DNA of 64,000 nt from Marsupella aquatica. Lineage: Eukaryota; Plantae; Marchantiophyta. Location: NCBI GenBank assembly GCA_973895155.1, contig OZ316897.1:12585375-12649374 (forward strand), written 5' to 3'. The stretch's first letter is position 1, and the number at the start of each line of letters is the position of its first letter. The notes below the pieces were generated by a model. It saw nothing but the letters and a program-made list of their open reading frames with translations, did no database searches and had not been told where the DNA came from. Below, piece by piece: positions 26,071 to 38,914 of this stretch. The translations under genes and the position numbers were made by a program.

Positions 26071-28447
26071 CTGTGCTCCCATCAGTAGAACTCAGGCTGC
26101 CTTTAGTTTCAGTTCGACTGTGGTTTGGCACTCAGAAGTTTCATTTTTGCATATGATTCTTTCTTGCGTTTACCGTGCCCTCCTTCAGTTTGAAACTTGC
26201 TGATTGTTCATCTCCTAGCTCCATTTGAGCGCTTTATGACGGATCATTTCCCTACTCTGCGAAAGCTGACTTAAAACGTAAATGGCACTGTGAAAGTTTC
26301 GATGAAGACTGTTCATGTTCTTTGCTTCTTCCAAAATCTGAGTATATGTGTTATATCGCTCATGCTGCAAATTCATTGCGGTTGGAAGAGTCGGAGATAT
26401 ACAGGCCTGTGCATGATCGGTGTGCGTTCCCGGATGTTTCCGCTTGATCGATCCCGAGGTTCAGCATCTAAGTTCCTTGGTCGAGGGTTAACCGCATTAC
26501 AAGTCAAAGTTTCCGTAGTTGGAGCCCTTAGGATCGTGCATATTCTCTCCGCGTTAGCTGTTCAAATTCCAATCACTTTCAGGTCCGTGGCATGCCTTTT
26601 GCTCTTCGTTCATCGATCCATCTCACATCATGAGCTTTAGCCCGAGTGGATAACACATTTGACATTGGTTCCGGCTGATGTTTGCGTTCCCGGAACAACC
26701 CCGCCGGAAGCGCAGGGATCAATTCCTTTCTGTCACCTTTCTGTCACCTAGGTGCAGCAAACATTCTCGGACCCAGTTGAGTCTTGTCTCAGTTGAATAC
26801 TCCATGCAGGTAATTAATCACAAAGCTGAGGTTCTAGGTTAGCCTTAATGTCATAGAAGTTTGATGAAACTCTTCTCATGCATGGGGACATTTTGCTTGA
26901 AAAACTGCCTTTCTACAGTCTGGAGTTGAATTCCCCATTCAAGATTTGAGGTGTTCAAATTATAATGTTATGTTGTATCATCTGCTGTCAGTGAATGAGC
27001 CAAGCTTGGAAGGGCAGTCTCTCTGAAGTGTCTAGTGTCTTTTCCTTCTATCAGCCATTAATTGGGTGCATTTTGTTTCTTTTACTTGAGCTCATTAACT
27101 TTATTGTGGTTCAGAGGTTGAGCAGGGTTCACCTTTGTCTACAATCCCAGTCCTTTTGTTTGCAAGAGGGTCTGGTTCCGAGTTGTGGGTGTGAGAGAGA
27201 GGGAGGATTGAATGTTGGTGTGGTCCATCCTTGCTTTTCCTAATCATACGTGATTCTCAATAAATTATTTCCCTACTGACGGTATGTTGAAGTTTTAGTT
27301 TGATCTAGAATCTCATGGGTTTGAAACCTCTTACTACTTGGAAGGCTGTCTATTTTGACAGTTCAGGGTTCAATTCCCTTACAGAGTTTTGAGTAAGAGT
27401 AAGTTTGAAGAGAGTGCTTGGGTTTGCTGCTGAATGGCATTTGTTGCATTTTCTGCCCTGGGAAAAATTCCGCCATTGTCTCTAGAAAAATTCTGCCCTT
27501 GCTTTCATGGTACCTGGTTTCTTCGAATAATGGAAAAATTGATGTCATTTGCCAATTGCAGGGCTCGGCTGTTGGGAAAAACAATCTGTCATTGCTGGGT
27601 CTTGGGTTAAATGCTAACTTACATTGTACTCAAGGGGCAACAAAATAAATCTAAAGTAATTGTTCCAATTTTTCTGCAAAAGGGTTTTGGAAATCACGTC
27701 CCTGAGTTAATTATTTTGTTAAATAAAAATCTTATTGGAAGAACATATTACGACTCTAATTTATGCTAGCGTAAAACAGGAAAAAATAATGTTACTCCCT
27801 TTTAGTGAGATAACAGAGGTCCAATAGCTAGTCGATGACATATCAAAGTTAGATTGTCACCTATTTCAAAAATCTATACATTCAAGAAAAGACAGTTCAC
27901 TCTGGAAATTCATAGGTGCATTAATGCTCAACAACATTTGGCTATAAGTGCACTGATTCTCAATAGAAATTGGCTAATTATGCTCAGCTCCCTGGAAAAC
28001 ACATCCGAAGGCACTTCCACTTAATGGTACTAGGATTGAATATTACTCTCCAGCTGCTGGGAAAAATCAAAGTCCAATTGTCTATCTCAAACTTTCACGA
28101 AAATTTGTATGTCCATTCATGCTCAAGTAAAATTGGTAATGTTGGGCTCACTGGAAAGCATAGTCACCTCAAGAAGCTTCTAATGGTACCATGATCAGCA
28201 TTGAGCGATAACTTCCAGATGAACTCTTCACTGGTTGCCTCAAGAAAGAATATAATCTTTTGATTTATGTGTCACTAAGAAATGTTCTGACTTCAAGACT
28301 TGAAACTTTCTAGTGCAATTAAAGGAGACATTCGTGGAACCCTATTCTCAAGAACGAACCTATAAACCGGAATGATCCCGGGACTGATCTCAGATGTCAA
28401 TTTTTTCTTTCCAGCGGTTCAATTCCCCCGATCTGAATCAGAAATGT

Positions 28448-30685
28448 TCATAGATGTTCCTCAAGATTCCATAACTGCAGAGAATTAGAGTTGTCGCCGA
28501 TCGACGGTATACTTTGTGTCGACCTCAACACAAAGTCAGGCTTGGAGTTGGGAATCGAAGGGACTTGAGCTTCTCCAGCGAGTACCTGAACGACATGTCT
28601 CATAGAAGGACGAGATTCTGGGTCTGGATGAGAACAAAGCAACCCCAAAGTCAACACCACCTCCATCCAGTGGGTGTCATACTCACCCTCCAGCCGCCTG
28701 TCCGCCGTACTAAGCAGATCATTTTCACTGAACTTCTTCCACACCCAATCCACCAGAAGGACTTCCTCTTTTGGGACACGATGTAAGAGAACTTTCCTCC
28801 CACAAGCAACCTCCAGGACTACGGCGCCGAAAGCAAACACATCTGTTTTATCTGTGAATCTGCCCGAAATGGCAGCCTCTGGAGCAATGTATCCATATGT
28901 TCCAGCCACCAGAGTGGTAGAAGCTGCCCTTTGATGATCCACCAAACGAGCAAGACCAAAGTCCCCGAGCTTAGGATTCCACTCATTGTCTAGCATGATA
29001 TTGGAAGACTTGACATCCCTATGGATGACTTGTTGCTTCCAACCTTGGTGCAGGTAGTCCAAGGCAGCTGCAGTGCCAGTCACAATCTTGAACCTTTGCG
29101 ACCATGACAAACATGGCATTTTGATCTGGACAGCAGGCTCAAACAACACCTTGTCCAGACTTCCATTTGGCATTAGCTCATACACAATCACAAATTTCGC
29201 TTTGGATGCATCCTTACACCATCCACACAGCTGGATGAGATTCCGATGTCTGAGCTGGCTTATAATTGAAACCTCAGCCATGAACTCCTTCTGGCCCTGG
29301 GTTGAGTCAGCTTTGATTTTCTTCACTGCTACTTCGATACCAGACGAGCTTAAAACTCCTCGATACACACTCCCAAATCCTCCTTGCCCCAATTTTGTTT
29401 CCTCGCTAAAGCCTCGAGTTGCAGCACTGAGCTCCTTGTAGCTGAATCTCTCAGGCATGCCTATTAAAATTTCAGTGGTTGAATCTTCTTCACTACTTGA
29501 TCTTCTCCCTAGTAGACCGCCCCTGTACCTTCCTTTACGATAAGCTCTTCTCTGTACAAAAAATGGAACAATCCAAATGCAAGCTAGGAGAACATTAACA
29601 GGTATACCCACAGCTATTCCAAGTAGAAGGCCCCAATTTGTACCTCGTGATTTAACTGGAGGTGAGCTGGACGGAGGTGTGCTAGATGGGGCTGGGCTAG
29701 ATGGAAGGATCCCGTATGATCCAAATGTCCAGTTTCCGACATAGAAGTTGCTCCTGGCGCCACCATTTCCACTCGAGAAACCCACCCACATGTATTCGTC
29801 CAACATATTGAAAAGGTTAACTGTGTAGCTCAGCAGGGGAATGACGGGTCTAGAGTTGTTTCTGCTTACTCTCGCCTCCAGCTGGTTGGTCGAGCCGCTG
29901 TACTCCACCCACGCATAAATCAGATAATCTGGATCAGGCAGGTACACGCCCGCATCTGACGCATTTGCAGCTACACTGTAAGTAAGGTTCGAGTTGAGGT
30001 TGAAGCTTAGATGGTTTTCACTTATATCATAAGCGGGATATTCCGGGTTGTAAAACGTATCGAACTCCACGACGACGGCTTTGAAATCCGGCAACGCACT
30101 GTTATTTGCGTTGAATATCCAGAAAGATTCCCCATGACCACCATGTCGTGAGTTATTTGAACTGATCACGAAGGTCATGCCATCCCCGGACCCCCTCGTG
30201 GTTTCATTTCTGACTTGCGTTATTGTGAAGCTCGTGTTGAAGGAAGCCGACTGCGCTGTTCTAGGGTCCTTCAATCTCACTGGTTCGTGGTAGTATGCGA
30301 GTCCACCTAGCCCTCTAGAAGCCGAAAGATCCTCATATGTTAAGGACAACATTCCAGAGTGCACTTGGCTGATTGGATCCCCTGGGTACACGTGAGCACC
30401 ATCACGGCAGATGATATTGCTCGAACAATCGTAATCAATGCCTGCGAAGTGGAAGGTGACGCCGGTCTGGCCAGAAACTTGTCTGAAGGATTTTACTGCG
30501 AAAAGGACGAGAAAGAAGTAATATGTGCAGAAGGTCTTCGTGATGCATGGCTGGAGGATAGATGAAGTTCGTGATTTAGCTGATTTTGGATTCTTGGATG
30601 CATCACCAACGTTCTTCCTGCTGCAACCAACGAAGCCGAATTGGCCCAATAATGCCAAGTTGTCGATCGTTCTGGTGTAGATCAT
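28448..30685 (-). CDS. L-type (legume) lectin receptor-like kinase, intronless, RD kinase
   Basis: The ORF is uninterrupted, with the first ATG at 30685. It has a hydrophobic signal-like segment (YYFFLVLFAV), lectin motifs (SFNTSF, GDGMTFVIS, VVVEFDTF, MWVGFSSG), a Ser/Pro stalk and a TM helix (GLLLGIAVGIPVNVLLACIWIV). Kinase motifs are LGQGGFG, VAVKK, HRDVKSSN, DFG, GYIAPE and DVFAFG. Confidence 0.95.
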   Translation of the reverse strand: MIYTRTIDNLALLGQFGFVGCSRKNVGDASKNPKSAKSRTSSILQPCITKTFCTYYFFLVLFAVKSFRQVSGQTGVTFHFAGIDYDCSSNIICRDGAHVYPGDPISQVHSGMLSLTYEDLSASRGLGGLAYYHEPVRLKDPRTAQSASFNTSFTITQVRNETTRGSGDGMTFVISSNNSRHGGHGESFWIFNANNSALPDFKAVVVEFDTFYNPEYPAYDISENHLSFNLNSNLTYSVAANASDAGVYLPDPDYLIYAWVEYSGSTNQLEARVSRNNSRPVIPLLSYTVNLFNMLDEYMWVGFSSGNGGARSNFYVGNWTFGSYGILPSSPAPSSTPPSSSPPVKSRGTNWGLLLGIAVGIPVNVLLACIWIVPFFVQRRAYRKGRYRGGLLGRRSSSEEDSTTEILIGMPERFSYKELSAATRGFSEETKLGQGGFGSVYRGVLSSSGIEVAVKKIKADSTQGQKEFMAEVSIISQLRHRNLIQLCGWCKDASKAKFVIVYELMPNGSLDKVLFEPAVQIKMPCLSWSQRFKIVTGTAAALDYLHQGWKQQVIHRDVKSSNIMLDNEWNPKLGDFGLARLVDHQRAASTTLVAGTYGYIAPEAAISGRFTDKTDVFAFGAVVLEVACGRKVLLHRVPKEEVLLVDWVWKKFSENDLLSTADRRLEGEYDTHWMEVVLTLGLLCSHPDPESRPSMRHVVQVLAGEAQVPSIPNSKPDFVLRSTQSIPSIGDNSNSLQLWNLEEHL

Positions 30686-33600
30686 ATTCGCTGCCAAGGG
30701 GTTGGTCCTTACTCAATTCCCGGGGATCTTGCATATATATATGGACTGTGAGTTTGTCACCCAGCCTGCACCCCAATCCATGCATATAATTATGCTACAC
30801 TAATGGAAGCATTGACGGTCCTGAGGGTTGAACACCGGATACCAATTTAGTGTTCCGGAGTGGAGCTTTTACCATATATGTCTATTTGTCTATTCGTCCG
30901 AGACATCACCTCGCCTGCCTACGACGTATCCATCGTAGAAAATATCAAACCAGTCGTTCACTAGTTCTACCAAGGAGAGAAGAAGACGCTAGCCATCGAT
31001 CTGCTGCAAGTCGAGATCTCCTCTTGCGGCTCGAATTGAAAGAATCGTGGCAATGGTTCCATCATCACAGTGTACACAGATAAGACCCCTGAACGAAAAA
31101 CGAGAAGTGGAGTAGAGTAGGACAGAGGGAAGCACACTACAAACCTGATCCGCTTGATCAGTCATTGCGATAGAGGTGGTGGCCCCCACTCCATGCTCTC
31201 TCGGTTGGACTCGCATCTCCGAGGCGCGTCATCTGAGAGAAAGAGCTAGTCTGGCAAGCTCCTTGCGTCATTGTTCCCTAAACAAAGCTGCTGCAGGGTG
31301 CTCCGGATGCCGAAAGGAGCTCAAACCTTCACAGCAATTAACTGCTCTTGTTCCGTTGGCAGAAAACGACGACCATCCAGATATCTAACCCACTGGCATC
31401 CTCATCGGAAGGAGAGCGACAGATCGACGACAAGATAGTACGTTGAGCAGCAGAGGCCCAGGAAAAACGTCAATGCGTCCTCTGTCAGATGGGTTGAAGT
31501 CTTGTGACTTCAGTCTGCTCAATATATATATAACTGCAAAGGAACGAACACGCAAAACAAAAATGTACAATAGAATGACTGATCCCAGAAGACACAATGA
31601 TCTACTCGTCAACTTCTCCAAGGAAATCGTGCTGCGTACATGATGGCAAACCAGAATCGAGGACCGTCTCCTTAAGCTCCCTCTCGATAGTATGTCCTAC
31701 TGAATGCCACAGGCCCCACATAGGACTAACTCAGCTTGGCGAAAAGCGTATTTCTTCGGTGGGTTTCTTCCGTAAAACGAGACGACGCGGACTTTGACCG
31801 GAGGCTGCTAAGCTGTTTGACGAGGCCAGGGGAGATGGCAGCAAAGAGGAGAGCTCCCCCTCTTTGAGTGGGTGCCAGTAGCGCTGCCATTAATTCGAAG
31901 GTCTGGGGAGGGGGTGAACAGAGGTAGTAGCATCTACAGTAGCTTAACCGTGACCGAGTCTGCAAACGATGTTACTTAAAACCCTCTAATATTTCTAGAT
32001 TAATTTAGATCTTGGTCTCAATTTTTTTGTAAGAAAATGATGCTCCCATGGACCACAAGGTTGGTCTGCGAAAACCCCCATGGACCACATTTCCAAATTT
32101 GAGTTGAATTATAATACTTGATGTTCAGAAATATAAACATTTTCTACCTATTACGACAAGTGAATTTTTGGCCATTTTATTTGACTTATTGATCATAGAA
32201 TGGGGAGAGTTTTCATTGTGTTTGATATGAAATATTAGTGCTTGTGTATTTTTGTCTCTCCTCTTTCTCTAGCTACATTGCAGTTGGACAATTAAAAGTT
32301 ATCTTAATACTTTAGAGCCCAAAACTCTCATGGACCACCAATATGTGGTACACCTGAGCACAGCACAGTGTCCAACATGGACTTCACTATCAAGATGCGT
32401 GGATATTCCTGTGTATATTCCTACCATTACATTCTCTCATTGGGTAGATCGAGCACCAAGCCTCAATTTTTGCCTTGATTACTTCCCACATGTGATTTGT
32501 AGTCAGCCCCTACTCTCCACTACGTGCAGGGCAGGGCGATCATTGACTGAAAATACATTAACTAATTAACTTGTCTCTATGTCAGTAGCTCCTTCACGAG
32601 AGAACCTATAGTATATATAATAGCAGCCAGCATCTTTGCCTTTATTCTGGCCATCTGCCTTTATTTTTGCCACCCACAGTTGCATGGGTCATTGACAAAT
32701 TTAAAAGAAACAGTAATTTAGTTGTCCCATTATTGTAGTCAGCGAGAACCTAGCCTGCATTTTAGCCCCGGTCATTGACAAAAGAGCACAATCACCAAGT
32801 TGTCTCGTTATACATAAAACCTACTGTAGCCAGAATTTTAGCCTTCCTTCTTGTCACGTTCCTAGAGGCTCCTATGATCTATGCACCACAAGTTCTTATG
32901 ACCCTCCCCACCCCGGTTTAACCTGACAGGCAAGTTGTTGGCTTGTCGGGCACATAAAACCGTCAAATGACGGCCCCAAAACGGCCAATTTGATGTATAT
33001 TCCCTGTTATTCTTCCGAACTCCCTCGGTTCCCAACCCTGCCCCCCAAACCCGTCCCGGACCCCTCCCCGGCCTCCCGAACCCTCCCGAACCCCTTGTGA
33101 TGCCTAGCCAGGAATCACTAGGCCGTGTAAAAAGGTAAAACCAGGTGGTATACACTAAGACCACTAGTATAAGGAGGAAAACACGAGAAAATATAAACAA
33201 TTAAGGGTATCCATGGAACCCAAGCCGAGGCCGCGAGTAATAGGCACAACGGCCACTAAGGGGCACGATTAGGGTTAGGGTATGCTAAGTATCGGCGGCT
33301 GTAGGTACTCAGCGACCAAGTCAGGCAAGGCAGGCCCGGGGGGGAGGGGGTAAGGGAGGTCACCAAGAGTGATGGCTCATTCACGAACATTGATCGAGCA
33401 GATTGAGAGGAGAAGCAACGACTGTCAGCTGTGAAGGTGAACACGGTGGGCGGAAGCAGATACCAAGCAACGACATAAGGAGGGAATGAGCAACGTCAAT
33501 CAAGTTGCACACTTCTAGGGATGCCTATTCGAACGGGCAATTGAGTACATTAAGACCTACCAGGAGGAGGAGCCGGAAAGAGCAGCCCGAGAACGATAGG

Positions 33601-35449
33601 AGCTTGCTTGGCTGTGGGAATTGCAGAAGTCTGCCTTCCTAGGAGGAGAACTCATCAAGGCTCAATTCTTGTGGACGCCTACTGCCGATGAGCTCGACGA
33701 TCTTCTATTTCGAGAGAACATAATCATCGGCATCCGGCAGGCCATCAACAATTGCAACGACGAACATTGGGACCTGAATGGTTGCACGAAGGCGTCAACA
33801 AAAGCAGTAGTGTTGGGGGAGTTGTCCGGAGCGGCCAAAATGAAGAGGAAGATGGCCAACAACAAAGAAACCACACCGGCCAAAAGAACGAGGTAGGCGG
33901 CATCGAGAAATCCGGTTGAGTAAGGGAGATAGACGCGGGAGGAAGCCGAGCAACAAGAGGTCGATCCAGTCAATGCCATCCCCACCAGAGATGATACATG
34001 GAAGGGTTGGGCGACGATCCTACCGCCGGCAGTGCAGTTACATTTTGCATCGGATGAGGATGCATGCTTTACAGCCATGCAAGCCAAGAAGTACCAAGGC
34101 TTCATGGCCGGATCGGGCTTGGAAGCCTTTGTTAGATTACCGTGGCTGAAGTCGGAGGTGTCGAAATCAAACTTGTTGGAATTCGTGGGATCATGGGACC
34201 ACGAGTCCAAGTCAACCAAGATCTACGGGGGGACTTCTATCTCACTCCCAAGGTGATTGCCAAAGTGTTTGGCTTGCCGATGGGCAACAAGACCACAGGT
34301 AGACACCCGGAAGAACTTGTTGGACAAGGAGTTTAGATCGTTCCCCGGGCCATCAACAAAGAATGGCTTCTTCTGAAACACCTGCACATTGGAGAAATGA
34401 TCAATTTCTTGCGGGTAACAATGCATTGCAACATGGCGAGGCCGGAGATCGGCAAGGCACAAGTTTACCTGGCAGAGAGGCCAGATCCAAGCCGGGACTA
34501 CAACGGGTACCTCCTCACCCAACTGAAGAAGATCTTGAAGGAGGAACAACAAGTGATAGGCCAGGGGAGCGTGTCTCGGCTTGGTTATCACATGCCGTTG
34601 TTGTGCCAGTATGCCCGGAGTCAGACCTTTGCGCCAGTACTCCCCCTGCAAGCAAGGGCGCCGAAAGAGGAGTTGGAGCCAAGGCCGCCAACAAGGAAGC
34701 CTGAACCACCCGGCAGCCCCACGATAGCGTAGATCTTTTGGCCGACTCCAGAACCCATGCCATAGCAGCAACCGGCTATGCAGAGCCTCTTGTAGATGCT
34801 GTAGAAAGAGAAGCCAGTAATTGCAGCACAGGCACAAGCATAGGTACAGGGCATGGTTGGGGAAGGAGGCACCACGAGACCCACCAGAGCAGATCCCTTT
34901 GCCGGGGCCGTGGAGAAAAGGAGGCTGGAAAACGAGCCGGGGGTGCGGATGTACGTGGGAGCCTCGATTCCAGAACTTAAGGGGCAAGAACCCAAGGTTC
35001 CCAAGAGTAAAGCTACATCATCAATTATCAGTGTTTTTCATCAGTCAACCTGATATCAGTCGCCACATCATCTTGTGATGCCTAGCCAGGAATCACTGGG
35101 CTAGTTTTAGGGGAAAAGGGAAGTGTACCCTAGAAACACCTTAGTATAGTTACATAAATAAGGAAAATATAAACAATTAAGGGTGACTATGGAACCCGTG
35201 CCAAGGCCGGAAGTAAGGACGCTAGGGGAGAGAACACGATTAGGGTTAGGGCAGGCTAAGTGCCGGCGGCTAGGGGTAACCAATGGGAGGGAGAACGAGA
35301 GGAGGAGAGGGGTAAGGACCGCTCACGAGGAATAGTGGCTCATTTGCAAGTACAAACTGGGCAGGCGACTACGGGCGGCCAACTACTGTCAACTGCTTAG
35401 GCAAGCGCTCAGGGTGGGAACAGATACCGACTATCAACTCGAGAAGGGT

Positions 35450-38400
35450 ATGAGCAACGTCAATCAAGTGGCATATTTTTGGGGATGCCTGTTCAAACGG
35501 GCAACTGAGTACATTGGGACTTACGAGGACGAAGAATCGGAGAGAGCAGCTCGAGAACGGCAGGAGCGCACCCGATTGTGGGAGCTGCAGAAAGCTGCCT
35601 TCTTAGGAGGAGAACTCATCAAGGCTGAATTCCTATGGACGCCTACTGGCAACGAGCTAGACGACCTGCTGTTTTGCGAAGACAGAGTCGTCGGTATCCG
35701 AGAAGCCATCAAATGCTGCAACGACATACACTGGGAGTTGAAGGGTAGCACGGAGGGCTGGACAAAGGCAACCGTGCTAGGAGAGACATCCATGGCAGCC
35801 GAGATGAAGAGGAAGGGGAACAACAACGAAGAGGCCACCCCGGCAAAAAGAACGAGGTCAGCGGCACCAAAGAAGCCAGCAGAAAAGGAGAGCAGGAGGT
35901 AGAGAGAAGCCGAGGAGGAGGAGGTCGACCCCATCAACGCCATTCCAACAAGAGATGACACCTGGAAAGGCTGGGCGGTGATTCTCCCCGAGGAAGTGCA
36001 ATTATACTTTGCACGGGAGGAGGATGCATGCTTTACGGCTATGCAGACTCAGAAATACCAGGGCTTCATGGCTGGATCCGGCTTGGAAGCCTTCGTAAGG
36101 TTACCGTGGCTAAAGCCGGAGGTGCTGGATTTAGACTTACTAGAATTCGTGGGATCATGGGAGTCCGAGACCAATTCCACAAGGGTGTATGGGAAGGATT
36201 TCTATCTCACTCCCTAGGTGATTGCCGAAGTGTTTGGCTTGCCAAAGGGCAATAAGACCAAGGTAGATACCAGGAAGACTTTGCCAGACAAGGAGTTCCG
36301 GTCATTTCCCGGGCCTTCAACAAAGAATGGCTTCTTCCGAAACACCTGCACCAACCCGCATATAGGAGAGATGATCGATTTCTTGCGCGTGACCATGCAT
36401 TGCAACTGGCCAAGACCAGAGATCGGCAAGGCACAAGTCTATCTGGCAGAGAGGCCAGACCCAAGCCGGGACTACAATGGTTACCTCCTCACTCAACTAA
36501 AGAAGATCTTGAAGGAGGAACAGCTGGTAATCGGCAAGGGAAGCGTGTCCCGGCTTGGCTATCACGTACCGCTATTATGCCGGTATGCCCGAAGTAAGAC
36601 CTTTGCCCCGGTACTTCCCCTACAGGCAAGGGCACCAGAGGAGGTTCCGGAACAGAGGCCGGCAACGGAGAAACCCAACCCGCCCGACAGTCCTACAATC
36701 GAGCAGGTGTTTAGGCCAAGGACGGAGGACTTGCCGATGCAGCAACCAGGCATGCAGAATCTGCTGAAATTGCTGGAGAAGGAAAAGAGAATGGCAACGG
36801 CAACGGCAACGGCACCAATGCAGGACACTACTCCAGAGGTAGGCCTAAGCCGGCTTACAAGGGAAAACCCCTTTAATGGGGTCAAGGAGAGAAGGAGGCC
36901 GGAACACGAGCCGGGAGTCCGGATGTATGTAGGAGCCTCAAGTCCCGAAGCCGAGGAGAAGCAGGCCGTAGCTCCCGGCCACAACAAGGAGAACAAGAGA
37001 TCAACATGAAAGCTGGAGGAGGAACCAAGACCGGTGAGAGGTGAAGCCGTGTTCACGGCAAAACCAGGAGAACAGCGGGAGAAGCCGGTAGTCCAAGCCG
37101 AGGAGGAGGCGGTAGAGGACTACAGCAATGATGACTCCGGCTACGGGTCGGATCATCATGTTCCAGGAGTAAGGACCTGTGGCCGGTTCATCCCCACGCT
37201 CCCAAGAGTAGTTCGAGGAGACCCGAGCCAGCAGAGCAGCCCCGAGTCTCCCCCACCAGATGTCGCTCCCCCGAGCTTTGACGGCATAAAACAGACGGCG
37301 CAGGAATTTCAGGAGCAAATCAGGGAGGAAGAGGAGGCAGCCCTGGCTAGAGAAAAGGATTTACCAGGAGGAGAATGGCCAGAGGACATCAGGCAGCTTG
37401 CAGAAAAATGAAGCATCCCTCCAGCCACAATAGAAGACATCCGCAAGGCGGCTTGGGAACACAGGCCACGGTGGATGATGCCGATGACTTCTACTTCCTC
37501 CACCTATGCTAAAAATAGAGCCATGGAGTACGGGGAAATGTGTGGAGAGCTGGCACTCAGCATCTTTGGGGAGGAGTTGGAGCAAGGACCCTTTTTTCAG
37601 AGGGAGATGTTGGAGAAGCGCCAATTAGAAGAAGCGGTGGCTTTGGAAAGAAGCAAGAAGGACGAGGTCATCCGTCGGCTTAGGGCAAGGGAAGCCGAAA
37701 TCAAAGACGTGAGGGCGGCCAAGAAAGCCCAAGATGAGCTGTGGATTAAGCGGCATGAGCTAAATATCATGCAGCGCCAATTGGATACCGCACAGTCTGA
37801 TAATCGGATTGTCGAGAATAAACTGACTCAAACCCAAGGAGAGTTGGCCGATGCGATCAAGGAGCGGGAGAAGTGGAAGCGGGAGCTAAGGGATGCAGAG
37901 GAGGCCCACATAACAGCCAACAACCGGGCCATGGTGGAGACCCAGAGAAGGGAAAGGGCATTGAAGGGGGAGCTCGAGGTTATCCGCGGAGCCCTTGAGC
38001 AGAAGGAGGCCGAGTTAGGGAAATCCTATCAAGGGATTATTGCGCTGCAGCAGGAGCTTGCGTCCCTGACGGCCAGCTTCAAGGCCGACCTGCGTGAGAA
38101 GGACAATATGCTCGATCAGACTTACGCCAAGATGAACCAGATGGAGTCTGTCATCATTGCAGAGCTCGACAAGGAGTTAAGAGCAACCCGGGAGGAGAGA
38201 GCTGCGTTTAAGAAGGAATTGGAGGAAGCCCACAGGGAGCTGGAGGAAGCCCACAGGGAGCTGGAGGAAGCCCAGAAGGAGCTGGAGGAGGCGCGCAAGG
38301 ACCTGGACAAAGTGCAGGAAGAGTTGGAGGAAAGCACGTGGAAGCTAGAGAACTTACAACGATGAGCCGACAACCAAACGGAGCGGCTGAAGAAACAAGC

Positions 38401-38914
38401 CGCAGTATTTAAGTGCTTGGCTTCATCACGACCAACTCAAATTGAGGCCACTAAGATACCAGGAGTGGTACTGGCCGAAGGACAAGCCGCGCCATTTGCA
38501 CCAGTGCTGGAAGTAAGTGGGAAGGGGAAGGGGCCAGCTGCCGAACCAGAAAAGAAGAAGAAGCGGAAACCGTCAGGGTCAGGGAGTAATACGGCTCCAC
38601 AGGCCGTGGTGACCAAGGAGGTAAACCCAGCACCGACCTCAGGCAGGGTTACGGATGAAGATCCAACTACCCTAGAAGAAGGGGATGACAAAGCCGAGGC
38701 CAGGATACTCGGTAATGAAGCCGAGGTACCCAATCTGCCACTTGAGTGTGCAGGGGAGGCCGTAGCCGAGGTCGATGTCGGGGGTGGACCCAGTCAGGCC
38801 GATGGAGAGTTGACTCAGTCAAGGGCAGGTAATCTGTCAGAGAACAAACCTACGGCAGTGGTTGAGGAGGAAGCGTTGGGGGCGTCCACTAAAGAACAGA
38901 CACCGCTGCCATGA
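35450..38914 (+). pseudogene. ~1154-codon element-encoded protein: PMD/Transposase_32-like region, acidic linker, long coiled coil, low-complexity tail; five in-frame stops, no frameshift
   Basis: The ORF-track pieces at 35414, 35978, 36218, 37034, 37475 and 38417 are all in one frame, separated only by single stops (35900, 36215, 37007, 37409, 38363). GLEAFVRLPW...LLEFVGSW...TRVYGKDFYLTP.VIAEVFGLP resembles the plant-mobile-domain/Transposase_32 pattern (inference). The segment 37600-38365 is heptad-rich. Confidence 0.7.
38221..38290 (+). repeat. 21-bp tandem repeat (GAGGAAGCCCACAGGGAGCTG) x3, each unit encoding one heptad EEAHREL
   Basis: Visible directly in the DNA and in the translation ELEEAHRELEEAHRELEEAQKELEE. 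Confidence 0.9.

Noticed and set aside
25537-26203. 170-aa and 166-aa hydrophobic ORFs
   Set aside because: They arise from a T/G/C-rich degenerate repeat array and have no recognisable domain.
35450-38914. Stops removed by U-to-C RNA editing or a variant genetic code
   Set aside because: The context is nuclear, and stop positions differ between copies A and B, as expected for random decay.
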